64,000 nt of DNA from an uncultured Gammaproteobacteria bacterium (GTDB taxonomy: Bacteria > Patescibacteriota > Patescibacteriia > Magasanikbacterales > UBA922): the NCBI GenBank assembly GCA_964592785.1, contig CAZQHU010000004.1:72-64071 (forward strand), read 5' to 3'. Positions 25,548 to 35,564 of the stretch are shown here, in pieces. The notes below the pieces were generated by a model that worked only from the letters and a program-made list of their open reading frames with translations, had not been told where the DNA came from and did not search any database. The translations under genes and the position numbers were made by a program. The stretch's first letter is position 1, and the number at the start of each line of letters is the position of its first letter.

Positions 25548-26890
25548 CTAGCAATACTAAAATAAACCAAGATACCGCCAATATCTGAAATTGAAGCGAT
25601 CAATGGTCCACTGGCAGTAGCAGGATCTTTTTTAAATTTGGTAAGTATAAAAGGTAAAGAAGCACCTATCACACTACCTAAAACAACTATAGAAATCATG
25701 GACAAAGCTACCACCCACACCAACTCTATACCACCTCTAGCAAAGCCCAACAAAGCTACACCCGCACCCATGGTAACACCCAAAAGACCAGAAACCAAAA
25801 CTTCTTTGCCAATCATTTTGAACCAATCACTAACTCTAACATCACCTGTGCCCAAACCACGAATAACCAAAGTAGCTGCCTGAGAACCAGCATTACCACC
25901 GCTACCAATAAGCAGAGGCAAGAAGAATACTAACTTTACCACGTGGCTAATGATATCTTCAAAATGTGCCAAAGCGGCCCCAGAAAAAACATTCATAAAA
26001 ACCAAAATTAAGAGCCACCAGATACGTCTTTTGTAAAGAAAAGTTGCCGGAGCATCCAAAATATTTCCAATATAAACCGAATCACCCACGCGCGAACTCA
26101 AACCAGCAATCTTATGAAAATCCTCAGTCACCTCTTCTTCTTCAATATCCATCAAATCATCGACAGTAACTATACCCAATAAAACATCATCCGAATCAAC
26201 CACTGGTAAAGCCACTCGATTGTATTTTTTAATCAACCTAACAGCATTTTCTTGATCATCAGTAGCCAAAATTTTCTGCAAATGAAAATCACCAATTATT
26301 TCACTTACCTTTTTCCCCGGTTCAGCTAAAATAAGCTTATGCAATTTGATTTCATTAAGTAACTTGCCCTGACTGTCAACAATATAAACAATATCTGCTG
26401 TTTCGCTTTTTTTGGCATTTTTTTTAATATGTTGTAAAGTCTCCTCTACTGTCCATTCTGGTCTAATAGAAATATAATCTGGAGTCATCACTCTACCAAC
26501 ACTATCAGGAGGATAACCCAATAAGTGACGAGTTTCTTTTAAATCTTCTGGGGACAATAAAACAAAAATTCTTTTGGTTACTTCGGCGGGCAATTCTTCG
26601 AAAAGTTCTGTTCTATCATCAGGAGACATGTCTTCCAAAAGCATGGCCGTCTCTTCTTTTGTTAAGGCTTGCAACAAATCATCCTGCTCATCCGGATCTA
26701 GATAAGAAAAAACTTTAGCAGAAAATTTTCTTGGCAAAGAACGAAAAATCAGCGGTCTAAAACTAGAATCAATTTCTTTGAGCAGTTCGGCTGCTTCAGA
26801 AGCATGTAGTAGAGAAATATATTTTTTTATCTGTAACCAACTCTTTTTTTCTATCATTTCCTTCACTTTATCAATAGGATGACGACTCAT
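25532..26890 (-). CDS. mgtE: Magnesium transporter MgtE
   Basis: MgtE N-domain, a CBS pair and a TM domain with GGNAGSQAATLVIRGL. Confidence 0.85.
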   Translation of the reverse strand: MSRHPIDKVKEMIEKKSWLQIKKYISLLHASEAAELLKEIDSSFRPLIFRSLPRKFSAKVFSYLDPDEQDDLLQALTKEETAMLLEDMSPDDRTELFEELPAEVTKRIFVLLSPEDLKETRHLLGYPPDSVGRVMTPDYISIRPEWTVEETLQHIKKNAKKSETADIVYIVDSQGKLLNEIKLHKLILAEPGKKVSEIIGDFHLQKILATDDQENAVRLIKKYNRVALPVVDSDDVLLGIVTVDDLMDIEEEEVTEDFHKIAGLSSRVGDSVYIGNILDAPATFLYKRRIWWLLILVFMNVFSGAALAHFEDIISHVVKLVFFLPLLIGSGGNAGSQAATLVIRGLGTGDVRVSDWFKMIGKEVLVSGLLGVTMGAGVALLGFARGGIELVWVVALSMISIVVLGSVIGASLPFILTKFKKDPATASGPLIASISDIGGILVYFSIASWFLM

Positions 26891-26894
26891 ATAA

Positions 26895-27275
26895 TTATTT
26901 TTTATCTAAATAATTTTGTAAAATAACCATGGCTGCTTTTTCATCACGACTTATAGTACCACCCATCTGATCTGCCAAACGCGAAGTAAATCTCTCATCC
27001 AGTAATTCTGTTTCCACCCCGCATAAGGCCGAGAGCTTTTCAGCAAAAAGTCTCACCCTATCAGTATTATCATTTTCTTCACCTTTGAGACCTAGGGGTA
27101 GCCCGATGATAATCTTATCAATCTTTCTTTCTTCAACAAGTCTTTTTATTTTCTCCCGTTTCAGACGATCATCACTACCGGCAATTTGACCTAAAGGCAA
27201 AACTAAATCCAAACCAGTCTGTGCAAAAGCCAAACCAATTTTCTTTTTACCATAATCAATGGCTAATATATTCAT
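26895..27275 (-). CDS. ruvX: Holliday-junction resolvase-like YqgF/RuvX (pre-16S rRNA nuclease)
   Basis: MNILAIDYGKKKIGLA...KIIIGLPL signature. Confidence 0.85.
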   Translation of the reverse strand: MNILAIDYGKKKIGLAFAQTGLDLVLPLGQIAGSDDRLKREKIKRLVEERKIDKIIIGLPLGLKGEENDNTDRVRLFAEKLSALCGVETELLDERFTSRLADQMGGTISRDEKAAMVILQNYLDKK

Positions 27276-27332
27276 AATAAAAATTCAAAACGCAAAACTC
27301 AAAAATAAAAACTTAATCTAAAAACTTTCCAA

Positions 27333-28172
27333 CTAGTTTTGTGGTTTTAAATTGTTAGTTTTGAACTTTGATGTTTGAGTTTTGAGTTGATTTTCTCCAG
27401 GTCTTCTTGTCACCACTATCGGTTCTCCTTCAGTAATAATCACTGTATGTTCAAAGTGAGCGCATAGAGATTTATCAGCAGTAGAAATACTCCAGCCATC
27501 ATCAGCAGTTATCACTTGGTGACTCCCCAAAGTAAGCATTGGTTCTATAGCAATAACGACCCCTGGACGCAACTCCCATTTTTCCAAATTAGGATCATAG
27601 TAATTGGGGACTCGCGGATCTTCGTGCACTTCATGTCCTACCCCATGGCCTACTAAATCACGCACTATTCCATAATTACCTTTATTTTTTACATATTTTT
27701 CTATAGCCCGACCGATATCAGCCACAGTCTTACCTGCCACACACTGTTCAATACCAACTTCCAAGGCCTCCTGTGTTGTCCAAAGCAATTGTTTTGTCTT
27801 TTTGGGAACATCACCAACAATCACTGTAATGGCAGTGTCTGTGAAATATTGCTCATATTCCATGCCGATATCAATAGTAAAAATATCACCATTTTTAAAA
27901 ACTTTATCCTTAGTGGCTATACCATGAACCAATTCTTCATTAACACAAGCGCAGATGGTAGTGGGAAAAGGCGGATCATGTTTACGACTTTTATAACCCT
28001 TAAAAGCCGGTCGTCCACCAGCCAAACGAATCAATTTTTCAGCCTCCAAATCAATCTCAAAAGCACTTACGCCTGGCTTGGCCATAGACGAAAGTTTTTC
28101 AAGTATCTCTCCAATAATTTTTCCACCAACAATAATTTTTTCAATTTCTTCCTGTTTTTTGATATAAGCCAT
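27333..28172 (-). CDS. map: Methionine aminopeptidase type I
   Basis: Pita-bread fold motifs (FKGYKSR..., DIGMEYEQYFTD, GHGVGHEVHE). The ORF-track start at 28214 is probably too long; the Met at 28172 fits orthologues. Confidence 0.85.
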   Translation of the reverse strand: MAYIKKQEEIEKIIVGGKIIGEILEKLSSMAKPGVSAFEIDLEAEKLIRLAGGRPAFKGYKSRKHDPPFPTTICACVNEELVHGIATKDKVFKNGDIFTIDIGMEYEQYFTDTAITVIVGDVPKKTKQLLWTTQEALEVGIEQCVAGKTVADIGRAIEKYVKNKGNYGIVRDLVGHGVGHEVHEDPRVPNYYDPNLEKWELRPGVVIAIEPMLTLGSHQVITADDGWSISTADKSLCAHFEHTVIITEGEPIVVTRRPGENQLKTQTSKFKTNNLKPQN

Positions 28173-28220
28173 ACATCTACATTTTACAATAAAAAAATGG
28201 CTTTTACAAGCCATTTTTAA

Positions 28221-28877
28221 TTAAAACAACTTTTCGATTTCTTCATCTACTCGATCAATATTTTCTTCACCATCCACACTTGTCAAAAGCCCCAAATCTC
28301 GATAATAATCCAAAATTGGTTTAATAGCCACATTTCCTTGGTCTTGAATACGTTGTTTAATAGTTTCTGGATTGTCGTCTTTTCTAATTATCAATTCTCC
28401 ACCACACTCAGGGCATTTATTTTCAAATTCACTGTCCGGTGAATAAGGAAGAATAAAACCACAAGCTGGACAAATCTTTCTTTTGGTTAGACGATTCCAG
28501 CTAGTTTCATCACTTAATTTAATTTCAATCACTATGACCTCACTGGCCAAATTTTTACTTTCAAAAAATTCCTGATATTTCTTGGCCTGATCAAGATTTC
28601 TAATAGCGCCATCTAAAATGACTCCTTGATTATTATTCAAATATTTTTCTATTTCGGCAAAAGCTAATTTGTAAATTAAACTGTCAGAAACCAACTTACC
28701 AGCTTTCATATCAGCCAACATTTTTTTATCTTCTGGATCAGCAGTAGGATTGGCGTCTAAAGAGCGCAGTAAATCACCTGTAGAAATATGAGCATAGGCA
28801 TGACGTTGGGCCAAAACTCGTGCTTGCGTCCCTTTACCTGAACCAGGAACACCCATGAGAATAATGATTTTTTTCAT
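28221..28877 (-). CDS. adk: Adenylate kinase with a Zn-ribbon lid
   Basis: P-loop GVPGSGKGTQ and lid CPACG...CPECG. Start is at MKKIIILMG rather than the ORF-track 28904. Confidence 0.9.
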   Translation of the reverse strand: MKKIIILMGVPGSGKGTQARVLAQRHAYAHISTGDLLRSLDANPTADPEDKKMLADMKAGKLVSDSLIYKLAFAEIEKYLNNNQGVILDGAIRNLDQAKKYQEFFESKNLASEVIVIEIKLSDETSWNRLTKRKICPACGFILPYSPDSEFENKCPECGGELIIRKDDNPETIKQRIQDQGNVAIKPILDYYRDLGLLTSVDGEENIDRVDEEIEKLF

Positions 28878-28878
28878 A

Positions 28879-29178
28879 TTATTTATTTTTAAAATATTCC
28901 CCAAAAACTTTCATTAAACTTGCCTTGTCTTCGTGACTAATTTTGTAATTATCTTTGAGTTTGGTCAAAACCTGGTAAATTTGTCGAAGAGAAATTTTAC
29001 CATCTCCACGACGCCGAGCCATTATAGCTTGTTCGACTTCAGTCTCATCATTTTTACTTAAACTAATCACATTAGCCGCTGACACCAACTTTTTAATTTC
29101 TCCTTCACTAAACGTTTGTTCGTGATCAGAATATTGACTACCAGCAACAGACCCAAAAATAGTGCTAAATAAACCCAT
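28879..29178 (-). CDS. Hypothetical small protein between secY and adk
   Basis: ORF only. Confidence 0.35.
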   Translation of the reverse strand: MGLFSTIFGSVAGSQYSDHEQTFSEGEIKKLVSAANVISLSKNDETEVEQAIMARRRGDGKISLRQIYQVLTKLKDNYKISHEDKASLMKVFGEYFKNK

Positions 29179-29232
29179 ATTTTTGCTAATTTAAAACAAA
29201 AATATCATATCACTTTTTTATTTTTAAGTCAA

Positions 29233-29362
29233 CAAAAACCGCCTATTGGCGGTTTTATTAATTTCTTAATTTCCTAGTTTTTAAATTTCTTCGTTACTGC
29301 AAAGGGATCCTTCGACTTCATTCGGCTAACGTCTCACTCCGTTCAGGATGACGCTCCCCTCG
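29233..29362. repeat. Family-B palindromic element / composite 3' module directly after the secY stop codon
   Basis: CCGCCTATTGGCGG terminator hairpin, AATTTCTTAATTTCC, GGGATCCTTCGACT, CATTCGGCTAACG, and TCAGGATGACGCTCCCCTCGTC. The same motif order occurs at 47341 and inside rsmB. Confidence 0.5.
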
Positions 29363-30634
29363 TCACATCCGATCATATTCATGCACCTCAATCTGTGCGT
29401 CAATTTGTTTAGCGGTTTCAATAGCTACTGACACCACGATTAACAGCGAAGTACCACCAATTACCAAAGATTGAGTACCAGTGAAAGCACGTAAAATAAG
29501 TGGCAGAATAGCAATAAGACCTAAAAACAAAGCCCCCACAAAAATCAACCGACTCATAGTATGCCCCAAATATTCTTCTGTCTGTTTGCCTGGACGAATG
29601 CCAGGAATAAAACCACCTTGTCTTTGCAAATTTTCGGCAATTTTTTGTGGATGAAAAATAACTGCCGTGTAAAAATAAGTAAAACCAAATACCAAAACAA
29701 AATACAGAACAGCGTAAAATAATTGATTATTAAATAAATCTACCACCCAACGTGATAAAGACCCAATAAATCCAGCTTTATTAACCAAAAACTGGGCAAC
29801 CATAGAAGGAAAAACGATAATGGAAATCGCAAAAATAATCGGAATCACTCCAGCCATATTTACACGTAAGGGTAAATGGGTACTTGAACCACCATACATT
29901 TTATTACCTCTCACTTGTTTGGCATAAGAAACCGGAATATTTCTTTGACCTTCACTAATAACTACCACACCAACTACAGTAACAACGGCGATAAAAATAA
30001 ACAATAAATATGTATATAAATCAGCCGGATTATAATTTATTACAGCTTGTTGAATAGTACTAGGAAGACTAGCAACTATACCAGAAAAAATCAAAAGAGA
30101 AATACCATTGCCAATCTTTTGTTCAGTAATAAGTTCACCAATCCACATCAAAAAAACTGTGCCAGCAGTAATAGTGATCATTATCAAGGTCAACTTGACA
30201 GCTGTAAGATCGGGAATAATTCCATATTGTGACTGGCCCAAAAGTTTTATCATACCAAAAGCTTGCAATAAAGCCAAAGGTACAGTGGCCAAACGGGTAT
30301 ACATGCTAATTTTTTGTTGCCCACTTTCACCCTCTTTGGACAATTCTTCCAAACTGGGAACAATCATGGTCAAAAGCTGAAAAATAATAGAAGCAGTAAT
30401 ATAAGGTGCCACACCTAACATCACTATGGAAAAATTTTCCATAGTACCACCAGAAAAAACATTGAGCAAACCCAAAATTTGATTACTGGAAAGAAATTGT
30501 TTCAAAGCATCGGCATCAATACCCGGAACCGGAATATGTGCCACCAAACGAAAAACAACCAACATCCCCAAAACAAAAAATACTTTATTTCTCAAATCTT
30601 TAATTTTCCAAACTCGAAGAATTTTTTCCCACAT
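29363..30634 (-). CDS. secY: Preprotein translocase SecY
   Basis: 10-TM SecY fold and its position after rplO. Confidence 0.9.
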   Translation of the reverse strand: MWEKILRVWKIKDLRNKVFFVLGMLVVFRLVAHIPVPGIDADALKQFLSSNQILGLLNVFSGGTMENFSIVMLGVAPYITASIIFQLLTMIVPSLEELSKEGESGQQKISMYTRLATVPLALLQAFGMIKLLGQSQYGIIPDLTAVKLTLIMITITAGTVFLMWIGELITEQKIGNGISLLIFSGIVASLPSTIQQAVINYNPADLYTYLLFIFIAVVTVVGVVVISEGQRNIPVSYAKQVRGNKMYGGSSTHLPLRVNMAGVIPIIFAISIIVFPSMVAQFLVNKAGFIGSLSRWVVDLFNNQLFYAVLYFVLVFGFTYFYTAVIFHPQKIAENLQRQGGFIPGIRPGKQTEEYLGHTMSRLIFVGALFLGLIAILPLILRAFTGTQSLVIGGTSLLIVVSVAIETAKQIDAQIEVHEYDRM

Positions 30635-30640
30635 AGCTAT

Positions 30641-30740
30641 TTGTCATTCCCGCGAAAGCAGGAATCTAATTAAATATTTCTGGATCGTTGTCTTGCACCA
30701 CCACTAAAGTCTTAGCAATACACGATCACAGGGATGACAA
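30641..30740. repeat. GTCATTCC-family MITE-like element between rplO and secY
   Basis: TIRs TTGTCATTCCCG and CAGGGATGACAA. Internal GAAA-loop hairpin CATTCCCGCGAAAGCAGGAATC. Its terminus GGAATGACAA lies 9 nt upstream of the secY ATG. Confidence 0.6.
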
Positions 30741-30742
30741 TC

Positions 30743-31186
30743 TTAAAAAGTGATCTTTCCACCAGCTTTCTCAATGGCTTCTATAGATTTCTTGCTAGCT
30801 ACACAACCTTTAATCACTACTTTTTTGGTCAATTCACCGCTTGCCACAATCTTCACCCCATTTTGAGGACGAGAAATAATACCTTTTTTATCCAAAAATA
30901 TAGGAGTAATTTCCTTACCTTCTTCAGCCACACGATTCAAAACTGACAAAGTAACTGTCTCGGCCTTAGGATACATACTCTTGAAACCACGGACTTTGGG
31001 AATTTTTTGTAAATAAGCTTTAAAGCCACGGATTTGAGTGCGTTTTTTACCACCTGATCTGGCTGTTTGACCTTTACCACCGCGTCCAGAGTAAGTACCT
31101 TTACCAGAAGCATTACCGCGACCAAGACGTTTGGATTTTTTTCTAGAACCTAAAGCAGGTTTAATTGTTGCTGGAGTCAATACCAT
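30743..31186 (-). CDS. rplO: 50S ribosomal protein L15
   Basis: Gly/Arg-rich N-terminus and conserved operon position. Confidence 0.9.
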   Translation of the reverse strand: MVLTPATIKPALGSRKKSKRLGRGNASGKGTYSGRGGKGQTARSGGKKRTQIRGFKAYLQKIPKVRGFKSMYPKAETVTLSVLNRVAEEGKEITPIFLDKKGIISRPQNGVKIVASGELTKKVVIKGCVASKKSIEAIEKAGGKITF

Positions 31187-31197
31187 ATTTTTTAAAA

Positions 31198-31788
31198 TTA
31201 TTTCTCTTCTTTCTTATCTATTTTTTTATAAATTTTTTTATCGGTTTTTTCTATCTTTTTTTCTTCTTCTACTTCATTCGTAGTTTCTTTTTTGACCTGA
31301 ACCCTAGGTTTAACTTTAAAAGACTGCAAAGCTGAAAAAGTGGCTTTGATATTGTTCATTTTATTACCACTCTTACCCAACATCTTGGCAGAAGCATTTG
31401 GCACGCCAGCCATTTCCAAAACAGCTCGTATTGAACCACCGGCAATAATACCAGAACCACGTGGAGCTGGCTTTAAAAGTACTTTTGCGGCTTTATACTT
31501 GGCTATTGTTTGATGAGGAATAGTTTCAAAACGAAAAGGGATGTTTATCAAATTTTTCTTAGCTTGATTGACAGCTTTTTCCACTGCCAATTGAACATCC
31601 TTACCTTTGTCTACTCCATAACCAACTCGGCCACGACGATCGCCAATCAAAACTGTAGCTCGAAAACTCAATTGTTTACCACCTTTGGTAACACGAGTCA
31701 CACGAGCCAAATCAATAATTTGTTGGTCAAATTCTGGCTTTTCTTTTTTAAATTGTTCTTTGCCTTTGCCTTTGCCTTTAAATGCCAT
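31198..31788 (-). CDS. rpsE: 30S ribosomal protein S5 with a Lys/Glu-rich C-terminal extension
   Basis: S5 dsRBD-like and C-terminal domain motifs (GRRFRFRALVVVGD-like). Confidence 0.9.
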   Translation of the reverse strand: MAFKGKGKGKEQFKKEKPEFDQQIIDLARVTRVTKGGKQLSFRATVLIGDRRGRVGYGVDKGKDVQLAVEKAVNQAKKNLINIPFRFETIPHQTIAKYKAAKVLLKPAPRGSGIIAGGSIRAVLEMAGVPNASAKMLGKSGNKMNNIKATFSALQSFKVKPRVQVKKETTNEVEEEKKIEKTDKKIYKKIDKKEEK

Positions 31789-31821
31789 ATAATTTATTCA
31801 ATCTTTTTACAAAAATAAAAA

Positions 31822-32190
31822 CTAAAATTGTAAACCAGCTTCGCGAGCACCTTCGGCGACTGCTTGCACGCGACCATGATAACGATAACCAGCACGATCA
31901 AACACTACTTTGGTAATCCCCTTCTCCTTGGCCTGAACGCCCAAAGCTTTTCCCACAGCAAAAGCTGCTGCTGCTTTACCGTTATATTTTTCATTTTTTT
32001 CAGATTTGATATTCACACTGCTCACTCCCACCAAAGTAACCCCTTTTTCATCATCGATCAACTGTGCAAAAACACTCTTCAAGCTACGAAAAACATTAAG
32101 CCTGGGGCAATCAGCTGTACCAAAAACCTGAGCCCTCACTCTAGCGCGACGTCTCTCTCTGGAACTCTCTTTTTTAATAATCTTTTTCAT
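31822..32190 (-). CDS. rplR: 50S ribosomal protein L18
   Basis: Conserved L18 motifs and operon context. Confidence 0.9.
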   Translation of the reverse strand: MKKIIKKESSRERRRARVRAQVFGTADCPRLNVFRSLKSVFAQLIDDEKGVTLVGVSSVNIKSEKNEKYNGKAAAAFAVGKALGVQAKEKGITKVVFDRAGYRYHGRVQAVAEGAREAGLQF

Positions 32191-32220
32191 ATTTTTTAAA
32201 GCTTTTTAAGAAAAATCGGA

Positions 32221-32766
32221 TTAAGAACCGCCTTTTACTGCTTTACCAGCTTTACGACGAATAACTTCTTCCAAATATTTAATTCCTTTGCCTTTATAAG
32301 GTTCTGGTTTTTTAACTTCACGTAATTCGGCCGCGATTTTACCCAAAAGCTCTTTATTCGCCCCCTCTAAAGTAATAAGATTTTTCTCAACACTAGCCTT
32401 GACACCTTCCGGTATTTGAAAAATCACTGGATGTGAATAACCAACTTCCAACTTCAAATCTTTACCTTGCATCGCAACTTTGTAACCAACTCCATTAATT
32501 TCCAATTGTTTTTTGAAACCCTCACTAACTCCGACTGTCATATTTTTCAAATGGGCTCCAAAAGTACCCCAAAGTGATCTTTCTTTTTTGTCTTCTTTAT
32601 TTTTTACATCTACTGTCAAAACACCATCAACCAGTTTAACTTCAACTCGAGAATCCAAAGCTCTCTCCCATTCACCTTTGGGACCTTTCATACGAATGGA
32701 ATCATTTTTTAATTCAACTGTCACTCCTGCTGGCACTTTGATTTGTTGTTTTCCTATTCTAGACAT
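32221..32766 (-). CDS. rplF: 50S ribosomal protein L6
   Basis: Two-domain L6 fold in operon context. Confidence 0.9.
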   Translation of the reverse strand: MSRIGKQQIKVPAGVTVELKNDSIRMKGPKGEWERALDSRVEVKLVDGVLTVDVKNKEDKKERSLWGTFGAHLKNMTVGVSEGFKKQLEINGVGYKVAMQGKDLKLEVGYSHPVIFQIPEGVKASVEKNLITLEGANKELLGKIAAELREVKKPEPYKGKGIKYLEEVIRRKAGKAVKGGS

Positions 32767-32767
32767 A

Positions 32768-33157
32768 TTAGTATACTGAACAAATTATTTCTCCACCAAT
32801 ACCCAATTCTCTGGCTTTTTTATTAGTCATAAGACCTTGAGAAGTGGAAACAATGGCTATACCATAATCGTTTAAAATTTTTGGTAAATCCTTACTGGTG
32901 CAATACTGACGATGACCTGGCTTACTAGCGCGTTCCAAATTACGAATTACTCCTTGACGGCCTTCGTATTTCAAAGTCAAAAGCAATTGGCTAGGTTTGC
33001 CCTCTTGTTCTTCTACCTTGGCTAAATAATTTTCAGCTAACAAAATTTCGGCCACAGCTTTTTTCAATTTTGAAGCAGGCACCATTACTTCCGCTTTCCC
33101 AGCTCGCTGGGCATTGCGGATGCGTGTAAGCATGTCAGCAATAGGATCAGTCATCAT
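32768..33157 (-). CDS. rpsH: 30S ribosomal protein S8
   Basis: MTDPIADMLTRIRNA signature. Confidence 0.9.
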   Translation of the reverse strand: MMTDPIADMLTRIRNAQRAGKAEVMVPASKLKKAVAEILLAENYLAKVEEQEGKPSQLLLTLKYEGRQGVIRNLERASKPGHRQYCTSKDLPKILNDYGIAIVSTSQGLMTNKKARELGIGGEIICSVY

Positions 33158-33204
33158 AAATATTGTTTATTCAATTCAAAAATTTTATTAAATTATTTAT
33201 AAAT

Positions 33205-33390
33205 TTACCAACTAGATTTCCTCACACCCGGTAACTTACCTTGATTGGCCAACTCACGGAAACAAATACGGCAAAGATTGAACTTGCGCATATAGCCATG
33301 CTTACGACCACAGCGCCAACAACGACGCACCTCTCGGGTACTATACTTAGGAACTCTTTTTGATTTTGCAATTTGCGATTCTGTCGCCAT
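33205..33390 (-). CDS. rpsN: 30S ribosomal protein S14 type Z (zinc-binding)
   Basis: 61 aa with CxxC...CxxC (CWRCGRK...CRICFRE). Confidence 0.9.
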   Translation of the reverse strand: MATESQIAKSKRVPKYSTREVRRCWRCGRKHGYMRKFNLCRICFRELANQGKLPGVRKSSW

Positions 33391-33394
33391 AAAA

Positions 33395-33940
33395 TTAATC
33401 CTTTTTAAATGGAAAACCTAATTTTTCAAGTAAAGCCAAACCTTCGGCACGATTCTTGGCATTGGTATTGATCACGACCTGTAAACCATGCAACTTATCC
33501 ACGGCGTCACTCTTGATCTCTGGAAAAGCAATGTGTTCTTTAAAACCAATGGAATAATTACCTTGTTTATCAAAACTTTTAGTAGAAATGCCACGAAAAT
33601 CACGCACTCGAGGAAAAGTAATACTAATTAACTTATCCAAAAAATCATACATTCTCTTGCCACGCAAAGTCACTGAAACTCCAATATTCATACCTTCTCT
33701 AATTTTGAAGTTGGAAATAGATTTGCTGGCTTTATTATGTACTACTTTTTGACCACTAATCGCTTGCAAGGTTTCTACTACATTATCTATAAAAGCAGCT
33801 TCTTTTACATGTTTGCCATAACCAACATTCAAAACCACCTTCATCAATTTTGGTACTTGTAAAATACTCCTATAACCAAAATCTTTTTGCAAAGCTGGCA
33901 CTACTTCTTTTTTGTATTTTGTATATAATCTAGATTCCAT
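33395..33940 (-). CDS. rplE: 50S ribosomal protein L5
   Basis: L5 signature in operon context. Confidence 0.9.
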   Translation of the reverse strand: MESRLYTKYKKEVVPALQKDFGYRSILQVPKLMKVVLNVGYGKHVKEAAFIDNVVETLQAISGQKVVHNKASKSISNFKIREGMNIGVSVTLRGKRMYDFLDKLISITFPRVRDFRGISTKSFDKQGNYSIGFKEHIAFPEIKSDAVDKLHGLQVVINTNAKNRAEGLALLEKLGFPFKKD

Positions 33941-33949
33941 AATATTTCA

Positions 33950-34270
33950 TTAATCAATATATTCTCCACTTACCTTGGCTACACGTTTCTTTTCTTTACC
34001 TTCTTGCTTATAACCTACTCTGGTTGGTTTGCCAGACTTAGGATCAAGAAGCATCACTTTACTAACATGCAGAGGAGCTGGTAATTCTATGATCTGACCT
34101 TTTTCTCCTTGACGGCGAGGACGAATATGTTTTTTCAATAAGTTGAGACCTTCAACCACCACATAAATTTTATTATTCTTTTTATTGGTCAAAACCTGAA
34201 TCACCTTGCCTTGTTTGCCTCGGCTTTTTCCAGATAAAACTTTTACTTTGTCACCTGTTTTTATTTTCAT
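33950..34270 (-). CDS. rplX: 50S ribosomal protein L24
   Basis: KOW motif (KIKTGDKVKVLSGK). Confidence 0.9.
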   Translation of the reverse strand: MKIKTGDKVKVLSGKSRGKQGKVIQVLTNKKNNKIYVVVEGLNLLKKHIRPRRQGEKGQIIELPAPLHVSKVMLLDPKSGKPTRVGYKQEGKEKKRVAKVSGEYID

Positions 34271-34271
34271 A

Positions 34272-34643
34272 TTACAAAACTTCAGGAGCTAAGGAAATAA
34301 TTTTTTGAAAACCTTCATTGCGCAACTCTCTGGCCACTGGTCCAAAAATACGAGTGCCTTTGATTTCTTTGGTTTTTTTGTCAACAATCACCGCAGCATT
34401 ATCATCAAAACGAATATAAGTACCATCTGGACGACGCATTTCTTTATGTTGACGCACAATAACCGCATGCACCACTTCACCTTTTTTCACGCCAGCACGA
34501 GGTACAGCTTCTTTGACACTGCAAGTAATAATATCACCAATCCGGGCGTAACGTTTTTTATAACCACCCAAAACACGGATGCACATCAATTTCTTGGCGC
34601 CACTATTGTCTGCTACTTGTAACATGGTGCGATGTTGAATCAT
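34272..34643 (-). CDS. rplN: 50S ribosomal protein L14
   Basis: [17 protein letters not shown] signature. Confidence 0.9.
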   Translation of the reverse strand: MIQHRTMLQVADNSGAKKLMCIRVLGGYKKRYARIGDIITCSVKEAVPRAGVKKGEVVHAVIVRQHKEMRRPDGTYIRFDDNAAVIVDKKTKEIKGTRIFGPVARELRNEGFQKIISLAPEVL

Positions 34644-34648
34644 ATAAT

Positions 34649-34915
34649 TTAAGCTTGTTTTTGTATTTTAACTAAACGCCAACGTTTCATCTTGGACAGA
34701 GGGCGACATTCCTGAAAAATAACTAGATCTCCAATTTTAGCCAAACCTTGTTCATCATGAACAGCATATTTTTTACTCACTGGATATTGTTTTTTATATT
34801 TGGGATGAGTGACTTTTGTCTTTACCAAAACCTGAATGGTCTTCATACCGCTTTTTTTTATCACCTCTCCATTGAACTGGCGATGAATAGAATTTGTTTT
34901 CTTTGTCTCGGCCAT
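34649..34915 (-). CDS. rpsQ: 30S ribosomal protein S17
   Basis: S17 OB fold in operon context. Confidence 0.9.
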   Translation of the reverse strand: MAETKKTNSIHRQFNGEVIKKSGMKTIQVLVKTKVTHPKYKKQYPVSKKYAVHDEQGLAKIGDLVIFQECRPLSKMKRWRLVKIQKQA

Positions 34916-34921
34916 AAACTA

Positions 34922-35131
34922 TTAATTATCTTTTTTAACTTGGTCTTCTTTTTTTAATTTTAACAAAGTCAAAACCTGCGCTACTGCCAAACGAGTTTTC
35001 TTGATGGCTCGAACATTTTTCAACTGTTTCTCACCAACTTTAAATTTCAATTCGTGCAATTCTTGACGTTTTTCAGCCAAAAGTTCTTGTAATTCTTTGA
35101 TTGATTTGTGTTTTAAATCTGCAAAATCCAT
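34922..35131 (-). CDS. rpmC: 50S ribosomal protein L29
   Basis: Helical L29 in operon context. Confidence 0.85.
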   Translation of the reverse strand: MDFADLKHKSIKELQELLAEKRQELHELKFKVGEKQLKNVRAIKKTRLAVAQVLTLLKLKKEDQVKKDN

Positions 35132-35132
35132 A

Positions 35133-35549
35133 TTAAACTAATTTTTTAGAAAATCTTGTCTTAACTGGTAATTTGTACCCAGCTTCAGTAAGGGCCTGGC
35201 GAGCAGATTCTTCAGTGATGCCATCCATTTCAAACATAACTGTACCTGGTTTAACAGTGATTACATAACGATCAGGAGAACCTTTACCCCCACCCATTGG
35301 CACTTCTGCACCCTTTTTGGTAACTGGACGATCGGGAAAAATTCTAATCCAAACCTTTCCCCCACGACGCACAAATCTGGTAAGCACGCGACGTGCTGCT
35401 TCAATCTGACGAGAAGAAACCCAAGCTGTGCTCAAGGACACCAACCCATAACTACCAAAAGACACTTTGTTGGTACGAGTAGCCACACCTTTTTCTCTAC
35501 GTCTCAATTTATGCCATTTTCTGTGTTTTACTTTTTTCGGTAATAACAT
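35133..35549 (-). CDS. rplP: 50S ribosomal protein L16
   Basis: L16 signature ([13 protein letters not shown]). Confidence 0.9.
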   Translation of the reverse strand: MLLPKKVKHRKWHKLRRREKGVATRTNKVSFGSYGLVSLSTAWVSSRQIEAARRVLTRFVRRGGKVWIRIFPDRPVTKKGAEVPMGGGKGSPDRYVITVKPGTVMFEMDGITEESARQALTEAGYKLPVKTRFSKKLV

Positions 35550-35564
35550 ACTATAATTCTCCTA

